A DNA stretch of 64,000 nt from positions 35,836,001 to 35,900,000 of the forward strand of contig OZ320321.1 of assembly GCA_976226885.1 (NCBI GenBank), in the 5' to 3' direction. Shown here piece after piece: positions 13,130 through 25,319 of this stretch. The first letter of the stretch is position 1, and each line of letters begins with the position of its first letter. The notes below the pieces were generated by a model. It ran no database searches. It worked only from the letters and a program-made list of their open reading frames with translations, and was not told the origin of the DNA. Position numbers and translations under genes: made by a program. This stretch comes from Iphione sp. A-MEVVRFRX5. Lineage: Eukaryota.

Positions 13130-14760
13130 GTATTGCACAAAAATAGTGCCACATAGGGTTTTGGTACTGCATTTAAAAAGACTGCTGGGTGTTTATCACC
13201 CTAGGTTTTCACTGGTTACACAAGTCACATGACACTTAGCTGGCCTATATAAAAGAGCACATTTTCTTGTATTATTCTTTTTTTCATCCCAGACCTGATA
13301 CCTGTGTGGACCTTGTTTCTTTCAACCACCTGCTGCAATAACACCGTGAAGACACATATAAGGTGTTGTTCGGTAAGTCGAATAAAACTATACAAAATGT
13401 TACATCAAGTAAGGTCACTTGGAACAGCAAAAAGACTGGTATGAAACATATTTACCAGTCTTCGTTTAGTAAATTACTGTTTGGTTAAATATCTTGCAGG
13501 AGGGCAGGAGGGCACCTTTTCCCTAGCAGTTGTGGTCCATTCGCCGGTTGGCCAACTTATACATGTACAGTAGGATCCCAGGGCAAAGGTCGTGTGTGTC
13601 TCCGCATAGGCGAGCCGGCTTCTCTGTCTGTCTGGCGATGGATTGAGCCAGGCCGAGGTCTTCTCTTTTATATGCAGTCCCATGGGATAATACCAGTGAG
13701 AGCAGGTCCCCTCCCACCTTCAAGCTGCCCGGTCCCTCTCCTAGGAATAGCTGGGGGCTGTAACATGTGGGACTGCTGCTCCAGCAGGGACAGCTTCTGG
13801 TATACACGCAAAAGTCAGTTTAAAAAATGGGAGAGGAAAGCAGAGTGCAGAAGAAATTACACACTGTGTGTACAAGGGGCGAAAATGGTGGTGAACAATG
13901 CAAGTGTTTGCGAGGAGAAAGGGTGCACAGGAGGAGAAGGCGGAGGAGGCGGAGGAGGGGGAGGAGTGGGAAAGGAGGAGGAGGAGCAGGAGAAGGAGAA
14001 GGAGGAGGAGGAGCAGGAGGAGATGGAGGACGGAAGGATGAGTAGGAGAAGGAAGAGAAGTAGGAGTAGGTAAAGGAGGAGAGGTAGGGGGTGGTGAAGG
14101 AGAAGTGGGAGAAGGGTGAGTAGGAGGAGGAGCAGGAGGAGGGGGAGGAAAGGAGGAAGGGGAGGAGGGCGAAAGGAGGAGTAGGAGTAGGAGTAGGAGC
14201 AGGAGCAGGAGCGCGGGGTTGGACGTTTCGGGTCAGCAGGAGTGTCACGCCAACCAAATAGAGATGTCACGTGGTGGCCCAGTTGATGTGATATACCGCC
14301 GGCCGTGAGAGGGCGGCCGCCGTCCCGCCGCGCTCGTCCCGGACTTCCCGCCTGGCCGGGCGCGGCGTGCCAGTCGCCATGCCGCCAATCTCCAGCCTCC
14401 CCAGGTCCCAAGCCCCTATAAGTTTTCGTTACCACTGGCCCGGCCGCTGTCTTTTGATGCCGCCCAACCGTGCCAAGTGGCACATCTAATTGTTTTATTG
14501 TCGCCCTGCTAGAACAATATGGCCGACTACGCGATCGTCGCGTCGCCTCATCGGAGTCGTTCATCTCTCTGACATCCTTTTCATGGAGGTGGGGGTGGGG
14601 GCGGTGAATGGAGTTGGTGCAGCTGGACAACGTACCTTGAGCCTTTTGAGTACTTATAGAAAAGGCCAGGCTCTAAAATTGTGTAGCCATTGCCTTCTAC
14701 GTCGTTTTGGTCGTAGCAGTCGAGCTCTATAGCATCATGCCCATTTCTACGAACTATAGG
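13130..14760. other. Unclassified retroelement-like relic with a purine-rich low-complexity tract (13900-14210)
   Basis: LTR-like stretch 13140-13400 (TATAAAAG, AATAAA), GC-rich 14220-14600, a weak C-x-x-H-x-C knuckle-like string (RLCGDTHDLCP) on the minus strand; no RT motif found. Confidence 0.25.
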
Positions 14761-16166
14761 CTTGTCTGGCTACCGCTGGCATGGCCAACCCCCTTTGTGT
14801 CTATGGATCTGTGCAACTGGTATAGTCCGTATTTCTGTTATAATGTGCCATTTTTCGTTGTGTTGAATGTGTTGCCAATCTCTTTCCTCGCGCCTTCAGC
14901 ACCTTTTCTTGAATACTCAGATTTATATTCAGGAGAGAGACTAAGAACTTCTTATGCATCGTGAAGTCGCATCATCCGTCCTCTTTTGCAGTGTGCTTCC
15001 CATCGACCTTTTATCAAGTGATTAAAGTGATCGATATATTTATTTCTTAATGCATTCTCAATGTACCATGAATGCTGGAAGCTTTATATCAACAGGAAAA
15101 AATTGATCCTCGATTGTGTTTGTCCTGCAGGAGTATGGCAGTATGCCAGACAAGATCAACCGGATCCAATCGAGAGTAGATGCCACGTATAATTATGACA
15201 CACAACCTCTATAGATCTAATATATGTCATAGGTGTTTTCTCATGCTTTAGTACCAAGGAATCTCTCAAGATTTCCGAGAAGGTTCTGCAACAATAACGA
15301 GGACTGGAATGTTTTGTAAGGTAAACGGGTGAACAGTGTTAATATGCGCTGTACCTGTCACACTGTTACCTTCAATCGAAGTTTTTTTGTCTATTCTTAT
15401 TAAACCACATAACAAGGTGATAATGAAAAGAAGATCGATATCCCCCGAAGCCATGCGTATTATCGGCACAATTTGCTGTATACACATGCATTTAAGAACA
15501 TCCGCGAGAGTTGTGTTTGTGTTGTAATCAGAGTTTTTTTACTTTTATTTCTTTTACATGTATTTCTTTTTTATATTTTTTTTTACAGAGTAGGCTTGAG
15601 AGCCTTACATATCCAGTTCATATGTCATAACTTACCACATAGACAGTATAACCTTAATGTTGCAGATATTTTACCGCTCATCTTGCCTTTGTAAAAGTGT
15701 TTCAAACATGCGATTAAATTATGAAAATACTGTAAAGAATTGGTCGTTTTGAAAAGTACTCATAGTTATAAAAGATATTGAGAGCGGAGTATACTGATAT
15801 GTTAAAGTGCAAATATGTAGCTATCAGAATACATGTATAGAAATAGATGGAAAAGGATGAATAAAGATAAAAATAATGTGCGAAAACTTCACACGAAGCC
15901 TTTAAGAAAATGACGTCAACGAATAATCAAATAATTATGTGGGTTGACAAGCAGGACAAATATTACTATGTCAATACGACAGTCATATAAGTGTATTGCA
16001 CCGATCCCATCTGTGTTGCATGGCTTAAGATGTATACATGTATCACGTCACAACTTGATGTATTTATGTTGCGCATGAAGGAACAATTTGAAAAGTCCAT
16101 AAATGTGCTAATCGGGGTGTGGGGGCGTTAACAGGTTGTTTTCTCTTTTCACTTACTCGCAGGTTA

Positions 16167-16473
16167 GGCGGTGTTCACATGTATCCTGATTTTTTTGTTC
16201 CACGTCTGCACATGGGGCCGGATATTTTTGCAGCCATACTTGAATATTGTACTCGTTCACATAGGTGTGTATTTTTCCATGCACACACATGGGTGCATAT
16301 CTCAAACCATCAGGGATGGGTTTGGTCTGGATGGAAGCGGATATCCATAGGAGCAATGGTTAAGAGATATGTGCTACCCATATGAAGGCAATTAACTGCG
16401 ATCTCTGCAGGGGGTTTACGCCACACCCACACACAGGGATGTATATTTCATCATGATACATGTGAACAGGGCC
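16167..16473. mobile_element. PIF/Harbinger-type MITE
   Basis: TIRs GGCGGTGTTCACATGTATC / GATACATGTGAACAGGGCC flanked by TTA and TAA; same TIR family as 34544-34840. Confidence 0.7.
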
Positions 16474-19177
16474 TAAGGATTGATTTTAGATCCACTTTCA
16501 CTATTTGCGTGGGAAATGTAATTATTGGTGACGAAATAAAATCACAAGCCTCGTTCCTCTCATGTCTGCACCGCTGAACAGTTCCTATTTTGACTAAAAA
16601 AAATAAAGTCCCCATGCTATGCTATTGGTTATGGACTACGTGTGATATTTGAGTAATAAGAATAAAGTTCAGCGACTCCCTCTTTTTTATTTCCCTGAAC
16701 TCCGCCGCGCATATCCAAACAACCCCCGTGTGTAGACACGAGTGTGCATGTGTGTGTCCTATTCTTGTGCAGGAACTCCGACACTTTTATATCCGACTGT
16801 TCCCCTCCACAGCATACATGTGCCATACAATGTAAAGCACCTTGCATTTTGCAGCCCTCCCCTTCTTAACACACCTATATCCTTTCCACCCTCAGATAAT
16901 AGGCCCCCATGCCCCCTTGCCACTTTCTGTCTCCGCCACCTTCTTGGCTGAGCCTTCGTGAATCCGTGGCTCTCAGAATTAATCCCCGTGTCTAGAGCCC
17001 CCAGCAGCTTGTCTCTCCAAACCGAGGAATGTCAGACCGGAATGATCGGAGGGATTGGCCAAGCAGAGGGGATGCTTGTTATTAACATTAGAGGCGAGTG
17101 GATAGGATTTGGTGTTTCTTATTACGGCTCATGTCAGCCCCCAGCGGGCGCTGACTGTTTGAAATGCCGTGGCGGCGGCTGGCGGCCGGTTGTTTAGGTT
17201 CAGCCGGTTTTCTCTGCTCCTTGGAATCTACACCCTGTTTGAGGGGGGTCATGTTCAGAATTTTCAATCTCTATCTTCCCTTTTTGCTATGCTACCCGTG
17301 CCCTTCACACATTCGAGCCTTTATAGATCGAGACTCTATCAAAAGTCTCTGGCTTCTCCCCTCTGTTTTCCTTGAGTTCACCTCCGTCTGTCTCCTTCTT
17401 GATTTCTTTGCCGTTTTTCTGCATACTTGGTTTTATATCTATACTTCCTCTGTTGTCCATTGGTCCTTTTTAGCGTCAAGCAGTCAATTTTCCTGTCTAC
17501 TTACGTCTCTGATTGTCTATCAGGTGTAGTGGTTAGAACTGATTTCATATGCCATGTAAATGTACTTCACTGCGTCATCTCCACCCTGAACGTTTTGCCA
17601 GGAGCTTTTCAATCGGTTTTGCCGAGCATTCTATGTGCTCTGTGTCAATTGATTTGGTATACTTCCCACATGTAGGCCTATGTATTGACCTTTGTAACTG
17701 CAGGTCGTAAATCACTCAAACCTCTTAGTAACGTGTCCTGTGAAAACTCCTGGGACTTGTACGCATATGGATTGGCACCACTGTGTCGATATATGAATCG
17801 GTATATCGGATGTTTCAGACTCAAGTAGACAAAGCGGTGTTGCAGGCTCCAGGTTAGTGTCTAAGGTTCCATGAGGTCAAGCAGTTTTAGGTGATATAAC
17901 CTGAATACATCAGTGCTATTACAGTGTATGTACGTAAACCACAATCCCTCGTTTCAATCTCCTTTTGCTTTTAAGGATTTAATGACTATTTTACCTATAT
18001 TTATTGCATTTCACACATTCTACAGTCCACATATATATAGTTACAAATACATAGAAGAAATAAGCCTGCCGTGTCCCTGAATTATAAGGGCGTACAGAGG
18101 CAGACGGCCAGCCTCATATTACTTTCAGATAATTCAATAGAGCAAACCTATATGATAAAGTATTTCTTGGGGGTGGTGGATGCCGGAACGTGGAGGCCAT
18201 AAATTTATAGAGTTTCTAGAGCAGCATTGTAACCTACAGGTGCAGATGATAACAGACGGGCATTCAATATATAAATGTAACATAGATGGGTCTGAAGTAT
18301 GGTGTTGAATAGGGAAAAGTATAATGTAAATAGTTTTATTAGATTCATATTTACCAAACACACATAATATCAAACCTTTACCACATCTGATATCGATATC
18401 ACATTCATGACAAAGAAGTTATATAAAGAGGAAACGGAGTTATACATTGAGTTGTTTGTGCGGAAAGAAAGAAATAATGGACTAGAATTGAAAGATAAGC
18501 TCATTATTTGTGAAATTATGATTTGTTCTTTCGCAGAAGATTTTTGTAAGAAAAGACGTGTAGCTGTGGAATGGCGAGCCTCATTACGTTATCTACACTA
18601 CATACCATGTATGTTGGGTGTTGTAAAAATGAGACATCTTTCAATTGTTAATTCCCCCCCCCCCGGGCCTACCTTCTATCTGCCTACATACTGTGCCCTT
18701 AAATAATGCTTAAGAAAAGTAACAGGACCTATAATCCGTAGGCACTGGTCACTTGTCCGTACCACCTCCCCTTTTGGATGTGTCCTGTACCGCTGGGAAG
18801 CTCTAAAAGAACACTTACTGAAACGGATATTTCTGCCGCAGTGTGGATTTGCCCTTCACCGACCTCTATAGCTCGTCGGCCATAAGGCACACAGTAACCC
18901 AATGAATAGACACTAAGCTCATTCCATCTTGATGAATCTAGTCCTGAAGAGAGCAAACTTCTGGACTCATCATTCTAATCCTTAATACAAACCTATAACA
19001 CGCGTTGCTTAAAACCCAAAATGGAGGGTATTTTGAAGAGCGAGAGTCGACCGCGGATGGAAACTGCGATCTGGTTGACACCACGGAAACGTTAAGGGAC
19101 ACTACGGGTACACTTGGATATAAATACCCTCGTGGTAATTGACGTGTGCTGAAAATGTGCTAGTCTTATCATCTCAC

Positions 19178-19781
19178 CTTCCTTTTGTTCCGTCTGTAGG
19201 CCGATGCAGAGGTCGTTGTCCAGCGGGAACTTATCGCAGCGCAGCATGTCCGGCCAGGGGAAGCCATAGTTGCTCATGTAACCGATGCATCCGACACGGA
19301 CGGCCTCGCACAGCGACCGGCACGGCCAGATGGGACGGTCGAGGCAGACGGGCGAGAAGAGGGAGCACAGGAAGAGCTTCGTGTCCGGATGGCAGCGGAT
19401 CCCCAGCAGAGGCATCCAGGAGCTGGCCTGTTGCACCACCTCGGTGACCGAGTCGTGGTCGAGCAGGTTGGGCAGACGCATCTGCGTGTAGCCGATGTTG
19501 CTGCACAAGCTCAAGTTGGCGGGGATGTCGATGCACTTAGGTTGGTTGAGGCGGCCGCTCAGCATTGCCCAGTCCTTGGACCAGTCGGCCCTGTACGAGT
19601 CATCGGCGTACGGGTAATCCAGAACATCCGAGTGTTGAACAGGCAGGCCAGATGCAGCCGATGGACTGCCTGCCTGAAAGAGGATGACTATCAGCATAGG
19701 CAGGAGGGCCATTGGGCCGACAAGCCGGACAGGAGGATTGTTCTGTGGCTTGCAGTACGATGATAATGTCAGCGGCCCCAT
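19178..19781 (-). CDS. sfrp1/2/5: Secreted frizzled-related protein (sFRP1/2/5 subfamily), coding exon 1: signal peptide and frizzled cysteine-rich domain
   Basis: Translation ...MALLPMLIVILFQAG...PKCIDIPANLSLCSNIGYTQMRLPNLLDHD...CHPDTKLFLCSLFSPVCLDRPIWPCRSLCEAVRVGC...YGFPWPDMLRCDKFPLDNDLCI has the 10-Cys Fz-CRD pattern typical of sFRP1/2/5. Phase-1 donor G|GTGAGA follows 19178. Start is ATG 19781 or ATG 19712 (the latter directly precedes the hydrophobic stretch). NTR-domain exons not located in the window. Confidence 0.93.
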
Positions 19782-22286
19782 AGCATCCGAGTAGCCCACA
19801 GCTCTCACCTGGCTCAGTGAACTGTAGAAACTAAATCAAACCCCAGCAGCTGCAGTGAAGCTGCAACGGTATGCCCTGTCGTCACGCCACGAGTCCGTTT
19901 CCTTCAGCCTTTTAAGGTTCAGTATCAAGTAACACAGGACCTGACAGCTTGATAGTGTCCCAGAATGTTCCTTTCAAATGTAGCTTTCGTTTTGATCAGA
20001 GAGAGAGAGAGAGAGAGTAGAGAGTAGGAGTCGCTTAGGAATACAGATCGTCACATCCAGCTCACAGAGCTGTAACTGAGTTGCTCGCTTTGTGGGCCTT
20101 ACGTCCGACGAGAATGCTGTCTGTGTGGTGTGGTTGGATGCACAGTAGAGCAGTTTGACCAGACGGCAACTTTTTCTCACTGCATAGAACAAACATACAA
20201 GAAAAGATATATCAATAAAGGCAGGAGATTGGCAAAACAGCAACATGGATTGCGGTTAACCGACACGTGTCATTGAGTTCTGACGTTTGACGTTCTGACA
20301 TCTTGGTGAAAAAATAATGCAGGGAATTCAAGAGGAAAAAGAAGAAAATATGATAGCAAACACATTAAGGTTTTATCGACTTAATCTGTAGGTAAATCCC
20401 CCACTGTACATCGTATGCGGTCATTGATACACACCTTCATGATGGCGATGATGGAACAGCTAGTGGAGGAGGCATTCTTTAGCCGCTCATAAAACTACTC
20501 CAGATAATCACATACTCAACAATAGACAGCATGCAAGCTTAGTAATCTCGAAAATGTCACACTTCGGGGGGGGGGGGGGCGCTAACCACAAATCAAAACT
20601 AACAGCCTCCTCGTCATCCTTCTGCTCATTCCGAGGATTAAACATCCTTTGTTTTAAACTGTTTTTGTATTCCGGCGCCCGTCGCACACGGCGGCGGGCT
20701 CCGAATTTAAGGGGGAGTTACATCTGTGAAAGTAAGAGATAGAGCAAGGGATGTAAGCTGACTATGGGAGAGCATTTATACCTGACATTCACCATGACGA
20801 GCCAGCAGCACTCACACACAATGGCCCTGTCTAGTGGTCGTCCCCGGCTCAAGCCCTAGACCAACCAGCCCGCCCCGATCTGCCGCCCTCAGCGCCAGTA
20901 CCTGCGACGTGGACAATTTTTTCCCCCTGTGTGTGCGCGCCCACTTTAGTGCACTCTCTGTCTGTCTCTCACTCACACATACACTGCAGGCCGGAGGTCT
21001 CTGGGTGACTTAAAGTAAGCACTGCCTATTGTGCCTTTTAAGTCAAGTTCTCTCGGTCTGCCGCTCGCTATTCTGTACACACTCGCCCCGCCGGCAGACG
21101 AAGCCCCGGCTGTCTCCGGGGTTCTACCTAGACATGCTAGAGCTCCCCTTTTATGCTGTTTTGATCCACTAGACGATGCCACCTCTTCAGAGCACATGTA
21201 CATACACGTACGGGTAATCAGAGCACACATGCACGCAAATTCATCGTAGAGTGCCGGAAAAGCGAATTTTCTCGGTGCCGTTGCGTGAGTAGATGAGCCC
21301 GTGTGAGAATGCCTTAAGAAATTTGCTCATTTTTCCGCTCTTGCAAGGTGACAAATGCCCTCATGACTGAAGCAGAGATAACATTTTCGCTGTATCAAAG
21401 AAACCGGACACCTACCTGCAAACAACAAGAAGAGGCTTGTGTCGCGAGGAGATGATAGAAAGAGATAATAAATCTCACGGCGTCGTGCTGTATAATTTGA
21501 GAGAGAGAGAGAGAGCAACCTGTTTGGTGGCGTGAGCTCACGGAGGCCGGTACCCAAGACAAGCGGGCGTCCACACGGGGCGCGGAGGCGATGTCGGCTG
21601 ACGACCGTCCGCTCCGATGCGATCCCCGCCAATGACGTGTAGGAAGAGACCGTGTAGGTGGGCGAGGGGGAGGCCCGGGGTGCGCCGCTGTGAGGTGGGT
21701 CCTTTCACTCTCTGCCGACACGCGCTCCGCCTAGTGGCACGGACGCGAACCTGCCGGCCCCTCCAGCCGGGAATAGGGTGCGTGCGCCGTCTAGGGGCCG
21801 GTGGGAAGGGCGATATGTTGAAACGCTGTGTCTCTGCTCAGCGTCCCCAAGCCCCATCTCGCTTTCTCAAATCTCCACTGTTTCCGCCGTCCCCCAACTC
21901 TTTTTCCACTACACACCCACCCCACCCCATCCACCCACCCCCCGCAAGCAAGGTCAGTCCATCCTTGGCAGCCCCCTCACCTGTCAATCACGGACCCCAG
22001 GTGGCGCTAACAACATCCCATCTAACCTCATTACTTGGGTTAACGTCCCCAGCAGGAGATCCACTCACGAGACGCCCCCTGCAGGGAATGTGAGTAAACC
22101 TGGGAGCGTTGGCTGTCAGCCTTCCACTAATACACCCTTCTCTCCCTCCCTCACTTCGCACTCCTTTCCCTCCCATTTTCCTTCCACCCTTCCCCTCACT
22201 ACCCCCCCCCCCCCGCCCGCCCGCACACACACAGATGGACATCTTCACGAACAAATCTGTCCCGGACACGATGGTCACTGACTCAT

Positions 22287-22490
22287 TTGAGAGGGCAGAG
22301 AATGGAGTGGTTCTCATTAGCAGACTGTAGTGGTCATCGAGTTTCTGCTTTTGGAGATGCCGGGGACTGTTCGCATTGTATCGACACTCGACCCAGAAAA
22401 AAAGAGACACTGAAGATTTGTCCAATCTGTAGACACGAAGTCTATGCTGGGATTGTTATAATTCCTGTTTCAGCTAGAGGTTTCATTTGA
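22287..22490 (+). pseudogene. Degenerate C3HC4 RING-finger relic
   Basis: ORF translates CSGHRVSAFGDAGDCSHC...KICPICRHEV, resembling CGH..C..C..CPICR; the first Cys pair is missing or frameshifted. Confidence 0.35.
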
Positions 22491-23263
22491 ATTTATGATA
22501 ATGCCATGAACATTCAACTAAGAATATGCTGCTATGTGAACAATGACCCCTTTACCATAAATTATAGCAATATCTTCTTTGCAGTGACACGTTTATGAAT
22601 ATACATATACATATATTTGATTTGATAAAAGATAAAATGTTTTCAAATATACGCTTTAGGATGCATTAATATACACTATAAAAACTTGATCCATGAGCTA
22701 TATAGTTAAATGCAATCACACTCTTTGCCTGTACACTATGCTTTTCCCTGATATCACATCACAATGGAGGAAATATGTAGGTGCCGAACCATTTAGTTAG
22801 GAGATTTTTGTTTGAACAGTCAGAGATGAGACATTCATACCCTCCTGTATTCTTTTTACAGACCTGATAGGTGCAGATGCGAATACAGTGGTACCCCCTA
22901 ATCCAACAACTTTATAACCAACATTACACTCTGATGGAACCAAATATGAAAAATCATCTGAAAAAGATTCCCAAACAGACAATTGGCATATATCTGATGA
23001 AGTTTTAAGGAACCCAAAGTGTCTATTATGGAGGGACCATCCACTGTACACAGTGGCAGGAAAGTTTGGGCTAAGATGTCAACAACACTGCTGTTTTTAA
23101 GTGGAACTTCAGTTCTGGAGATGGATATCAGTTCACGCAATAATGAAGCAAACAAAAGTATATATACATGTACTTTGAATTCGTTTCTAATCTTCTGTCT
23201 TACACATCAGATGCGGAATACCACAAGGATCAACCTTAGATCCACTACTGTTCTCAAAGAATA

Positions 23264-23442
23264 CAGTTGAAACTCTATTTGCGACCACCATTCTGTTCCA
23301 AGCTCAAATGGTCACATTGGCGAATTTGGTCGCAAATTGGGTGTTGCTACCATAAGGATTCATGACTTCTGTTCCAGGCTGAAGTGGTTGTAATAGTAAG
23401 AATGGTCGCAAATTGGAGTGGTCGCAAAGAGAGATTCCACTT
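23264..23442. mobile_element. Tc1/mariner-type MITE
   Basis: TA|CAGTTGAAACTCTATTTGCGACC ... GGTCGCAAAGAGAGATTCCACT imperfect TIRs with TA at both flanks. Confidence 0.6.
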
Positions 23443-23516
23443 TACCTGCCCGCGTTAAGTAAATGGCTGCCTGGACGAAGGGGGTTACTCGATTGGGCAT
23501 GAACCATTATAGCTAA

Positions 23517-23785
23517 GGCCCCCGAAAAATAGGTGTGTTTCTGGTAACCCACCCTTACCTAGTAAAACCTCACCCTACCTAAAAAATTTTGGCCCCAAAG
23601 AGTTTCCAAGGCTGAATTACCATAGATATGTGTCTCATGGTATACAGATTGGTCAAAGTTCTTGATATTGTCTTTATTATTATTGAAAGCCAGAGGAAGA
23701 AACTGGAAAAAAAGAAGATACCCCCCCTCCCTACCTAGGTTTTTGGCTGGTTGTTACCAGAAACACACCTATTGTTTTTTTTGCC
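23517..23785. mobile_element. PIF/Harbinger (Tourist-like) MITE
   Basis: TAA on both sides (23514-16, 23786-88); TIR core AATAGGTGTGTTTCTGGTAAC / GTTACCAGAAACACACCTATT; GGCC-type terminus. Confidence 0.85.
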
Positions 23786-25319
23786 TAACTCTTCTTATTG
23801 TTGACATTGATTTCATTGGAGTTAGGTTAGTGACTGACAGTGATGACTCGGCTGTCATATGACAGTAGGGATGTATCAGCAGTAGCTTAGTTGACACTGG
23901 ACTCTCTATCTTAAGTGCTATCCCCATGGACGTGAATTATTCGCATGCAAATTGTGGCATGGTGTGTGCTTCCCGGATCTTCCCGAAACAAATGGCAGGG
24001 TCTATCCCCATGTGCGCGAACTATATGCATCATCTTCCTGATTGGTGTGTAGTGTATGTGTGTGTATGTGTGCAGATCTCATTGAATTCCTGTCAAATCT
24101 ATGTAGATAATGTGTCTTTTTTGCAGATCTTCCCAGACAAAACCTGATCATCCTACACGCAGCAGGTGGCGGGTGCAGTTTGTCCACGCACATGAGGATA
24201 ATTGTATCTTAACTGCCTGGTCTGGTCCTCCCGCTGTTCATGCACAAAGTGGCAGGTGCGGAAGGTTCATGCACATGGGGATAGTGGTTAACATCTGTGG
24301 TGTGGGCCTGTCTAGCCAGACCTTCACATCTGTTCAAGAGGGATAAGTGCCAGGGAATACTAGTATATTTCTCGTTTTTATCATCTACCATGTCCTGATC
24401 CTATGATGTCGAGTGATTGCCAGTCAGCCATGTTGCTTGTGGCATTCGTTCCTAGTAATGCATGTAGGCGTGTTTTAAGTTGTGGATTCAGGGTAAGACC
24501 ATAAACAGTAGATGGACTTAATGTCTGCCTTTTGTAATCATCAAATTCGACACAACCATAATGAGTCTGAGCCATTCATGTATGTTAGTGACTATATGAT
24601 TTTCTCAGAGAAAGGCTGCCTCATTTAACTGTGATACTATATCTGTAATTTGTTGCATACTTATATTTTTTTCTCGAGAAACTGTATAATATCCCTCTCC
24701 CATGCATCATTATGACTGATCCTTCCTGAGGCACCTCTTAAATTGTTTTCTTTCCGTAGCATATTTTCATGGCCTTGAAAAGACATCAAGACCATCCCAT
24801 TGTTGGTGTTATGGCCCCAAAACACCCCCAAAACACAGTACCATGGCCATGAAAACACAGGCCTAAGGAAATTCAGGTGAACATGGCAGTATTTCCCATC
24901 ACAGTTGTAGAAGATTCACCTTATAATAAGACCACTCCTGGTTGTTTTCAAAAGTGGTGATGACCAAGGGCTGCACTTATTATTTGTTAGAAAATAATAT
25001 ATAAAATAGCAAAACGGTATTTTTGTTTCATGGAGATCTGATATTTTAAGAAGGTTTCAGTGGTATTTCAGTAAAAATCTACTTTATAGGAAAATGATTT
25101 TTGCAGTACCTGCTTTAAATAAATGCTCTGGAGAATGAACACGGAACAGTGTCACTTAGATGTCATTTGCATGAATTGGCCATTTGTGACACTTGGCATT
25201 AAGCACATCACATTATTTGTTGAAGAACATTATGATTGAGAAGTATCATGACCATTCACCATCTCGACATGTCACATAGTGATGCATCAATTAGCATGCA
25301 AGCAAAACTCAAATGACAT

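Noticed and set aside
13594-14257. Long Glu/Gly-rich and Pro/Ser-rich ORFs
   Set aside because: They arise from a GA-rich low-complexity tract that is open in several frames on both strands
15121-15185. Plus-strand exon-like segment after TGTCCTGCAG (EYGSMPDKINRIQSR)
   Set aside because: No partner exons or recognisable homology found
18720-19000. Penelope-like protein fragments (IIRRHWSL; also AILEHWEF near 11660 on the minus strand)
   Set aside because: Too short and degenerate to call without a database search
19139-19763. ORFs overlapping sFRP exon 1 (19139-19447+, 19231-19536-, 19285-19491+, 19389-19763+)
   Set aside because: Shadow frames of a GC-rich coding exon
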